From Chloroflexota bacterium (GTDB lineage: Bacteria; Chloroflexota; Dehalococcoidia; UBA2979), in contig JAQBZW010000002.1 in assembly GCA_027622315.1 (NCBI GenBank), positions 1 to 54,991 on the forward strand: a stretch of 54,991 bases of DNA, read 5' to 3'. Positions within the stretch are counted from its first letter, which is position 1. Every line of letters begins with the position of its first letter. Of this stretch, positions 29,713 to 39,921 are shown piece after piece. The notes below the pieces were generated by a model. It ran no database searches. It was not told where the DNA came from and worked only from the letters and a program-made list of their open reading frames with translations. Position numbers and translations under genes: made by a program.

Positions 29713-30615
29713 CTAGACGGCCTGCACCTCCAGCAACCGGGTCGGCACGACGAGATCGACGAACTCGACACAGCGAGCCATGTAGATCTCGGGCGACTGG
29801 AGGTAGTTGTGGCAGTGCTCGGTCAGGTCGGGGAGCGTCCACACGCGATCCCGTGGGTCGAGAGAGGCGGCCGCGAGGTTGAGCGAGTGCGATACCGGGA
29901 CAACGGAATCGCCTTCGGCATGCACGAAGAGCACCGGCAGGTCCACGCGATCGACGACCGTGATCGGCCGCAGCACGCCGGGGTCTGCCTTGAAGAGCCG
30001 GCGCGCGAACGCGCACGCCAGACGGAACAAGTGGGCCGGGACGTGTGGCGAACGGAGGCGCAGGTACGCGACCATGGACGTGAACGACGAGTCCGCGATC
30101 ACCGCGACGACGTCGATCCCGCGCGCAGCGACGGTGATCGCGAGCGCAGCGCCGAGCCCGAAACCGTGGATGATGATCGGCAGGCGTCCGGTGCGGCGCC
30201 GCGCGTAGGCAACGGCCGCCTGCACGTCGAGCCGCTCGGCCGCGCCCAGGCCATCACGCCGGCCGGCCGATTCGCCATGGCCGCGCAGGTCGAACGAAAA
30301 GACGTTGAAGCCGCGGCGCACGTAGTCGCGCTGCAGCGCGAGCAGGCCCTGCTGCTCGTCGGCGCGGGTGCCCTCGACGTCATGCACGATCACGATCGTT
30401 GCACGAGCGCCGGGCGACTCGATGAACCAGCCGCGCAATACGAGTCGGTCCGCCGTGAGGAACTGGATGTCCTCGTAGCGCAGCCCGAGGTCGGCAGGTG
30501 TGCCCTGGACACGGCGCCGCTTCGCGCGCGTGAACGTCTCTGCGAGATAGAAGGCGGCGACCACGTGGAAGGCCACAATGCCGAGTACCACGAAGACGAG
30601 AACTGTCGTGATCAT
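29713..30615 (-). CDS. Membrane-anchored alpha/beta-hydrolase fold protein lacking the nucleophile serine
   Basis: It has an N-terminal TM segment and an alpha/beta-hydrolase layout (FDLRGHGESAG ... IIIHGFGLGAALAI ... HAEGDSVVP ... HCHNY). The nucleophile-elbow reads G-F-G-L-G instead of G-x-S-x-G. The oxyanion HG reads HD. Confidence 0.75.
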   Translation of the reverse strand: MITTVLVFVVLGIVAFHVVAAFYLAETFTRAKRRRVQGTPADLGLRYEDIQFLTADRLVLRGWFIESPGARATIVIVHDVEGTRADEQQGLLALQRDYVRRGFNVFSFDLRGHGESAGRRDGLGAAERLDVQAAVAYARRRTGRLPIIIHGFGLGAALAITVAARGIDVVAVIADSSFTSMVAYLRLRSPHVPAHLFRLACAFARRLFKADPGVLRPITVVDRVDLPVLFVHAEGDSVVPVSHSLNLAAASLDPRDRVWTLPDLTEHCHNYLQSPEIYMARCVEFVDLVVPTRLLEVQAV

Positions 30616-30905
30616 CGCTATCCCTCACCCCACGGCTGATCGTCCGTCGCGGGAGTCGTGCCGGGGGACACTATCAAGGGCTTCCGGGGCACACAACGGG
30701 GTTATCCCCAATGCACGTCCCTTTATCCACACTTTCGCAGTGGGCCCAGAGCTCCCCGAACCTCGTCGTACAGGCGTTCTATCGTGCGGTAGAGGCGCGG
30801 TCCGCGCCACCCGTGGGACCGGCGCCACCGGAGAGCGCTCCGGACTGGCCCCCACTTATGACCACGAGTGGAATCGCGCGAACGCACTGACCGGCTCACG
30901 CTTCG

Positions 30906-31727
30906 TCAGCGGCGCTGGCAGCCCCGGCAGAAGTGCGTTCCGCGCGCCGCCACCCGTGTCTTCACGACGGTGCCACCGCAGCGTCCGCACGCCTGGCCTT
31001 CTCGCCGAAAGACATGGACGTTCACGTGGTGCAGCCCCTCCGCGCCGAGCCCGTCGCGGTAATCGGAGAAGGACGAACCGCGGTCGCCGAGCGACTGCTC
31101 GAGCGTCTCGCGGATCGCGGCGTGCAGGCGCGCGACGCGGCGCGGGCCGAGCTCGTCCGCCGGTGTGCGCGGGTCGATGCCGGCGATCCAGCACGCTTCG
31201 TCCGCATAGATGTTGCCCACCCCTGCCGCCACCTTCTGGTCGAGCAGCGCGGCCTTGACCGGCGCGCTGCGCCGCGCGAGCGCCGCCCGGAGCCACGCCA
31301 CCGAGAACTCGTCGGACAACGCGTCCGGTCCGGTACGTCGCATTGCCTCACGGGCTTCGGCAACGAGATGCCAGGTCGCGAACTTGCGCATGTCGTTCAG
31401 GCGCAGCGAGTTGCCGTCGTCAAGATCGACGCGGGCACGCTCGAAACGGGCCGCGGTCGTATCCGCGGCGGTGTGCACCAGCGAACCCGTCATGCGCAGA
31501 TGCATGACCCAGGTGCGGCCATCGTCGAGGCGAGCGAGCAGGTATTTCCCGTGGCGATCGAGCGCGTCGACGCGGCGCCCGGTCAGCGCGCGCTCGAGCT
31601 CGCGCGGCGCGTCGGTCACCGCGAGCCGCTCCGCGCCGGGGTGGATGCGAACGCGCGCGATGGAGCGACCCACGAGCAGCGGCGCCAGGTCGCGCCGGAT
31701 CGTCTCGACTTCGGGCAGCTCAGGCAT
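30906..31727 (-). CDS. mutM: Formamidopyrimidine-DNA glycosylase
   Basis: MPELPEVETIRRDL..., an H2TH region and a C-terminal zinc finger (CGRCGG...THFCRGCQ). 273 aa. Confidence 0.92.
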   Translation of the reverse strand: MPELPEVETIRRDLAPLLVGRSIARVRIHPGAERLAVTDAPRELERALTGRRVDALDRHGKYLLARLDDGRTWVMHLRMTGSLVHTAADTTAARFERARVDLDDGNSLRLNDMRKFATWHLVAEAREAMRRTGPDALSDEFSVAWLRAALARRSAPVKAALLDQKVAAGVGNIYADEACWIAGIDPRTPADELGPRRVARLHAAIRETLEQSLGDRGSSFSDYRDGLGAEGLHHVNVHVFRREGQACGRCGGTVVKTRVAARGTHFCRGCQRR

Positions 31728-31799
31728 GCCTCAATCGTATCCGTGCGCGTGCCGGGCACCGAGCCCACGGCCGGCGATCGCCGCCCGGTACCACATGCG

Positions 31800-31827
31800 T
31801 TGACGCTACGTGGGGCGCCGGTATCCT
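31800..31827 (+). promoter_or_regulatory. Candidate promoter for the leader ORF and ABC exporter operon
   Basis: TTGACG (31800-31805), a 16-nt spacer, then TATCCT (31822-31827). It lies in the divergent mutM/ABC intergenic region. Confidence 0.4.
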
Positions 31828-31858
31828 CGATGAACCCTGACGGGAGGAGGTCGCTCAC

Positions 31859-31912
31859 ATGCCGAAGCCCACGAACAAGCGACCCGCCCCCGTCCACGTT
31901 CCGACCGGGTAG
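31859..31912 (+). CDS. 17-codon proline-rich leader ORF (MPKPTNKRPAPVHVPTG) upstream of the ABC exporter
   Basis: ATG 31859 is preceded by GGGAGGAGG with an 8-nt spacing, one of the strongest SD sequences I noticed in the window. It ends at TAG 31910-31912, 28 nt before an intrinsic terminator. Confidence 0.5.
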   Translation: MPKPTNKRPAPVHVPTG

Positions 31913-31940
31913 ACCTTCCAGTCCCGATCAGATCGCACAA

Positions 31941-31969
31941 CGCGGGGCCGCATGCCCCGCGATTTCTTT
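31941..31969 (+). terminator. Canonical intrinsic terminator in the 5' leader of the ABC exporter genes (attenuator)
   Basis: cgcggggc (31941-31948), loop cgcat, gccccgcg (31954-31961), then ATTTCTTTG. A U-rich tail is rare in this GC-rich sequence. It sits 40 nt upstream of the ABC start at 32009. Confidence 0.65.
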
Positions 31970-32008
31970 GCGTGGTCCAAGCCGGACCACCGACTGGAGC
32001 TTCCCCGG

Positions 32009-33684
32009 ATGGACACCTCGCTCAGGCGCTCGGCCGCGACGCTCGCGACGTACCTCGCGGGGCTGCGCGTGCGTGTCGCGGTGCTCGGCACGCTCCTGAT
32101 CGGCGGCACGCTGCTGCAGCTCGCCGGTCCACAGATGCTGCGCATGTTCATCGACGACGCGATCGGCGGCGCGCCGGTACAGCGTCTCTATGTGATCGCC
32201 GCGCTGTTCATCGGCGCAACGGTGATCACCCAGATCGCGCTCGTCGGCGCCGCGTACCTGAGCGAGCAGGTCGGCTGGACGGCGACGAACCGGCTGCGCG
32301 CCGACCTCTTCGCGCACTGCATGCGACTCGACCTGCCGTTCCACAACGCGCACAGCCCGGGCCGGATGATCGAACGTGTAGACGGCGACGTCACGGCGCT
32401 GTCCGACTTCTTCTCTCAGTTCGTGCTGCGCATCCTGGGTGGACTATTGCTGCTCGCAGGCGTGCTCGTGCTGCTGACGATCGAGGATTGGCGCGTCGGC
32501 CTCTCGCTCGCCGCGTTCGTCGTGTTCGCCATGCTCGTGATTTCGCGCGCCCGCGCCTACGCCGTGCCCGCTGTGAACGCCGAGCGCGAGGCGTCCGCTG
32601 ACCTGTACGGCTTCATCGAGGAGCGGCTCGGGGCGGTTGATGACATCCGCGCGAACGGCGCCGGTCCGTACGTGATGCAGCGATCGTTCGCCGTAACCGG
32701 CCACCTGATCCGCACGGCACGTCGAGCCCAGATCTTGAGCGGTGGCCTGTGGTCGCTCGCGACCGGGCTGTTCACGTTCAGCTACGTGCTCGTGCTCGCG
32801 CTGTCCGCGGTGCTGTACCAGCGCGGAGAGGTGACGATCGGCGGCGTCTACCTCTTCTTCCAGTACACGCAGATCTTGCGCCGTCCGCTCGAGCAGATCG
32901 CCGATCAGCTCAAGGAGTTCCAGCGCGCGGCCGCCGCGATCGGGCGCGTGAACGAGCTGCTCGTGATGGAGCCGACGCTCCACGAGGGCACGCACGAGAG
33001 CACCTCCGCCGGCCCGGCCGCGGTCGAGTTCGCGCACGTGTCGTTCGCGTACGACCGGCGCGAGCCGGTGCTCCGTGACATCGACTTCCGGCTTCCGCCC
33101 GGCAGCGTGCTCGGCGTGCTCGGGCGCACCGGTGGCGGGAAGACCACGCTCACGCGGCTGCTGCTGCGGCTGTATGACCCGACCGAGGGGGCGATCCAAC
33201 TCGACGGCGTCGACCTGCGCGAGTTCCGCGCCGCGGCACTGCGGCATCGCATCGGCGTGGTCACGCAGGACGTCCAGCTGATCGCCGGTACGGTGCGCGA
33301 CAACCTCACGCTCTTCGACCCGACGATCACGGACACACGCGTCCGCGACGCGATCGACGGTCTCGAGCTCGGCGACTGGGTGCGCTCGCTGCCAGACGGT
33401 CTCGAGACGATGCTCGAAGCCGGCGGCGCCGGGCTCTCGGCCGGTGAAGGGCAGTTGCTCGCCTTCGCCCGCATCTTCCTGCGCGATCCCGGGCTCGTGA
33501 TCCTGGACGAGGCCTCGTCCAGGCTCGACCCGGCGACCGAGCACCTGATCGAGCGCGCCGACTTCGTGATGGTGATGGAGCACGGCCGGATCGCGGAGTT
33601 CGGAGCGCGGACCGCACTCGCGGCGGACCCCTCGTCCCGCTATGCGGGGCTACTGCGCACCGGGCGGGATCCGTCGCCGTATGA
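32009..33684 (+). pseudogene. ABC exporter half-transporter (TMD-NBD), first of a heterodimeric pair. It lacks the H-loop segment and has lost its stop.
   Basis: MDTSLRRSAATLATYLAG..., six TM segments, and an NBD with GRTGGGKTT, LSAGEGQ and ILDEAS. After PATEHLIER the sequence jumps straight to ADFVMVMEHGRI. The reading frame has no stop until 34144. The expected ATGA junction with the next gene (33681-33684) is in another frame, and 32009-33684 is 1676 nt, one short of a multiple of 3. Confidence 0.7.
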
Positions 33685-35474
33685 GCGTCTGGCGTCTCGC
33701 GTGGCGGCTGGCCGTCTACCGGCCGTGGCTCTTCGCGGCGAGCATGCTGCTATGGATCGGCGTGCACGCGCTGCCGGTGACGGCGGGCATCGTGGTCGGC
33801 CTGATCTTCGACGCGCTCAGTGGGGGTGCCCCGCTCGGGCTCAACGTGTGGTCGATTCTCGCGTTGCTCGTTGTCGCCGAGGCCGTCCGTGTCGCGGTCT
33901 TCTACGCCGCCATCGTCGTCTGGCTCTACTACTGGCAGGTCATCGCGGCGGTGCTGCGGACGAACATGCTCGACTGGATCGTGCGCGGCCCCGGCGTGCA
34001 CCCGCTTCCCGGCTCGCCCGGCGAAGTCGTCAGCCGCTTCCGCGACGACACCGAGAGCTTCGTGCAGTTCATCGATACGTGGCTCGACGTGACCGGCACG
34101 GCCGTCTTCACGGTGATCGCCGTCGCGATTATGTCTTCGATTAGCCCCCTGATCACGGTCGTCGTACTGCTCCCGCTGGCCGCCACGGTCGCGATCACGC
34201 GCATGATGACCTCGCGCATCCGGCGCTATCGCCGCGCCTACCGCGAGTCGACGGCGGCGGTGACCTCGTTCATCGGCGACGCGTTCGGCGCCGTGCTCGC
34301 GGTCAAGGTGCATGCGGCCGAGCCGCCGGTCGCCGGTCACTTCGTCGAACTCGGCGAAACGCGGCGCACGGCCGCGGTGCGGGATCGCGTGTTCAGCGAG
34401 CTGCTGCTCTCGTACAGCACGAATGCCGGCAACATCGGCATCGGGATCGTGCTCTTGCTGAGCGTGACCGCGATGCGCTCGGGCGAGTTCACGGTCGGCG
34501 AGTTCGCGCTCTTCGCGAGCTACCTCACGTGGCTGCCCGGGCTGCCGCGCTGGCTCGGCTGGATGATGGCGCGCCACCGCCAGGCCGGCGTCTCCGCGAT
34601 GCGCATGAGCGCGCTCGCCGAGGGCGCGCCTCCCGGCGCGATCGTGGCACCCGTCGATCTGCACCTCGACCGCCCCGCGCCGATGCCCGACCCACCGCCG
34701 CTCGACGCGAGCGATCGACTCGAGCGGCTCACGGTGCTTGGGCTCACCGCCCGCTACCCGCGCAGCCGCCACGGCATCGATGGCATCGACCTCGCCGTCG
34801 AGCGCGGCTCGTTCACCGTGATCACGGGCCGGGTCGGATCCGGCAAGACCACGCTGTTGCGGGCGTTGCTCGGGCTCACGCCCACGGCCGGTGGGGAGAT
34901 CATCTGGAACGGCCGCATCGTCGAGGACCCGGCGAGCTTCCTCGTGCCGCCGCGCTGCGCGTACACGCCGCAGGCCCCGCGCCTCGTGAGCGAGACGCTC
35001 GGGGCGAACATCGCCCTTGGTCACGCCGTCGACGCACCGCACGTCACGCAGTCGGTGCGGTTGGCGGTGATCGAAGACGACGTCGCGGAGATGGAGCTCG
35101 GGCTGGAGACGATGCTCGGGCCACGCGGGGTGCGGCTGTCCGGCGGGCAGATCCAGCGCGCCGCAGCCGCACGCATGTACGCGCGCCAGCCCGAACTGCT
35201 CGTCTTCGACGACATCTCGAGCGCGCTCGACGTGGAGACGGAGCGCACGCTCTGGGAACGCCTCTTCGCCGAACGCGAGGCGACGTGCCTCGTCGTGTCG
35301 AACCGGCGCGCCGCCTACCGGCGCGCGGACCGCATCGTCGTGCTCCACGCGGGCCGCGTGATCGCGAGCGGCACGCTCGATCAGCTCCTGCGCGACAGCG
35401 AGGAGATGCGCGTGCTGTGGGAGCAGGCGGGCGAGTCTGACGGCGCGTCCGTCGCGCCAACCCCCTCCCGGTAA
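33681..35474 (+). CDS. ABC exporter half-transporter (TMD-NBD), second of the pair, with a degenerate nucleotide-binding site
   Basis: MSVWRLAWRLAVYRPWLF..., six TM segments, and an NBD with GRVGSGKTT and LSGGQIQR. Walker B reads LLVFDDISS (D in place of the catalytic E). The H-loop position reads VVSNRR (N in place of H). 597 aa. Confidence 0.88.
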   Translation: MSVWRLAWRLAVYRPWLFAASMLLWIGVHALPVTAGIVVGLIFDALSGGAPLGLNVWSILALLVVAEAVRVAVFYAAIVVWLYYWQVIAAVLRTNMLDWIVRGPGVHPLPGSPGEVVSRFRDDTESFVQFIDTWLDVTGTAVFTVIAVAIMSSISPLITVVVLLPLAATVAITRMMTSRIRRYRRAYRESTAAVTSFIGDAFGAVLAVKVHAAEPPVAGHFVELGETRRTAAVRDRVFSELLLSYSTNAGNIGIGIVLLLSVTAMRSGEFTVGEFALFASYLTWLPGLPRWLGWMMARHRQAGVSAMRMSALAEGAPPGAIVAPVDLHLDRPAPMPDPPPLDASDRLERLTVLGLTARYPRSRHGIDGIDLAVERGSFTVITGRVGSGKTTLLRALLGLTPTAGGEIIWNGRIVEDPASFLVPPRCAYTPQAPRLVSETLGANIALGHAVDAPHVTQSVRLAVIEDDVAEMELGLETMLGPRGVRLSGGQIQRAAAARMYARQPELLVFDDISSALDVETERTLWERLFAEREATCLVVSNRRAAYRRADRIVVLHAGRVIASGTLDQLLRDSEEMRVLWEQAGESDGASVAPTPSR

Positions 35475-35583
35475 CGGGTGGGGCCAGCGCCCACCGCCGC
35501 CGACCAGACGGATGCCGTGGCCACGCCGCTACCCTGCCGGGTGCGCACGAGGGCGCGCGGGGTCATGTCAGAGGGAGCCGAAG

Positions 35584-36546
35584 ATGAGCGAGCTCAGCCA
35601 GCACACGTACGAGGCCAACGGCATCCGCATGCACACGGCGGAGCAGGGCGATGGGCCGCCGGTCATCCTCTGTCACGGCTTCCCCGAGCTCTGGTACTCA
35701 TGGCGCCACCAGCTGCCCGCGATCGCCGACGCCGGCTTCCGCGCGATCGCGCCGGACATGCGCGGGTACGGCGAGACGGACGCGCCGCCACGCATCGAGG
35801 ACTACGCGCACGAGCAGATCTGCGCCGACATGCTCGGGCTGCTCGACGCGATCGGCGAGCAGCGGGCGGTGTTCGTCGGACACGACTGGGGCGGCGCGAT
35901 CGTGTGGGCGCTGGCGCTGCACTACCCGGAGCGCGTGCGTGCCGTGGCCGGCGTGAACACGCCCTTTGCGCCCGCGGGGCCCACCAGCCCGGCGGAAGCG
36001 CGCAATGCGAACCCGGGGCGATGGGACTACCAGCTGTACTTCCAGGATCCCGGCGTCGCCGAAGCTGAGCTCGAGGCGGACGTGGAGCGCACGTTCCGGC
36101 TCACGTTCCGCTCGAGCGATCCCGCCGACGGCTTCGACGTGCTCGCCGGCTCGCACGACGTGCGTGCTCGCGGCGGCTGGCTCGCCGGCTACCCCGCCGA
36201 TGCGCCGCGGAGCGTCATGCTGTCGGCGGAGGAGCTGGACTACTTCGTCCAGACGTTCCGCCGCACCGGCTTCCGTGGCGGCCTGAACTGGTATCGCAAC
36301 CAGGAGGTGAACTGGCGCTGGGCACGCACCGTTGCCGACCCGAAGATCGAGCGGCAGGCGCTGATGGTCACCGCCGGCAAGGACCCGATCCTCACGCCCG
36401 ATCTCGCGTCCCACATGGAGCAATGGATCCCGCAGCTCAGTCGCGGGCACATCGAACAGAGTGCGCACTGGACGCAGCAGGAGGCGCCGGAGGCACTCAA
36501 CCGCATCCTCGTTGACTGGCTGCGATCGCTGCCGGCGACGAGGTAG
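35584..36546 (+). CDS. Epoxide hydrolase-type alpha/beta hydrolase
   Basis: HGFPELWYSWRHQ, nucleophile elbow GHDWGGAIVW, NWYRN, and a C-terminal HWTQQE. The ATG at 35584 follows GAGGGAG. Confidence 0.85.
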   Translation: MSELSQHTYEANGIRMHTAEQGDGPPVILCHGFPELWYSWRHQLPAIADAGFRAIAPDMRGYGETDAPPRIEDYAHEQICADMLGLLDAIGEQRAVFVGHDWGGAIVWALALHYPERVRAVAGVNTPFAPAGPTSPAEARNANPGRWDYQLYFQDPGVAEAELEADVERTFRLTFRSSDPADGFDVLAGSHDVRARGGWLAGYPADAPRSVMLSAEELDYFVQTFRRTGFRGGLNWYRNQEVNWRWARTVADPKIERQALMVTAGKDPILTPDLASHMEQWIPQLSRGHIEQSAHWTQQEAPEALNRILVDWLRSLPATR

Positions 36547-36716
36547 CGATCGACCTCATACCGCCAACCTCACCGCCAGCTGGACCGCCGCCTCGACCGC
36601 CTGGTCTGTCAGGGCAGCGTCGCCGGATGACCAACGGCGGAGATGATGGAGACCTGACCGATCTCTGAACGTGGGCCTCGTCTGATTGAGGTCCGCATCG
36701 CGCACCCCTCCCCGTT

Positions 36717-36885
36717 CCGTTCGCCCTGAGCCAGTCGAAGGGCGCGCGCGATCGGCCTTGGGCCCCGGACTCTGCTGCCCGCGCCACACCGCCGGATCTC
36801 GGAGGGACCACGAACCGGCCCGGCGTGCTGCGGACCGCCCTCTGATGCCCTGTGTGGCGCCCTTCGACTGGCTCAGGGCGAACGG
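36717..36885. repeat. REP/MITE-like element: perfect 29-bp inverted repeat with a 111-nt spacer
   Basis: ccgttcgccctgagccagtcgaagggcgc (36717-36745) is the exact reverse complement of gcgcccttcgactggctcagggcgaacgg (36857-36885). It lies between the convergent epoxide hydrolase and polA genes. Translations give the PEPVEG / FDWLRANG peptides typical of spurious ORFs over such repeats. Confidence 0.75.
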
Positions 36886-36967
36886 AGGGAGAGGGACGGA
36901 GCCAGTCCAGCGATTGCGGGCACGTTCCTGCCAACGAAAGAGCCGCGTCCACCCGAGCTCGCGTCGC

Positions 36968-39862
<2,895 letters not shown>

Positions 39863-39885
39863 GGGCCCCCCACGCGGGTGGCGGG

Positions 39886-39913
39886 GAGACAATTCGGGCT
39901 GCTCACATAGAAT
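39886..39913 (+). promoter_or_regulatory. Candidate promoter giving a leaderless (or nearly leaderless) mRNA for the FtsX-type operon
   Basis: GAGACA (39886-39891), a 16-nt spacer, then TAGAAT (39908-39913). The ATG at 39922 is 8 nt downstream and has no Shine-Dalgarno. Confidence 0.45.
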
Positions 39914-39921
39914 GCGCCGAC

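Noticed and set aside
28378-30639. 753-aa plus-strand ORF
   Set aside because: It is antisense to panB, the S58/DmpA peptidase gene and the alpha/beta-hydrolase gene, all of which have clear family motifs. Its composition is Arg/Ala/Asp-rich junk.
31952-32008. The ATG at 31952 as the start of the first ABC exporter gene, as listed in the ORF track
   Set aside because: That ATG lies in the loop of the intrinsic terminator hairpin (31941-31961). The 19 extra residues (MPRDFFAWSKPDHRLELPR) are not part of the ABC fold. The ATG at 32009 (MDTSLRR...) with GGAG upstream is preferred.
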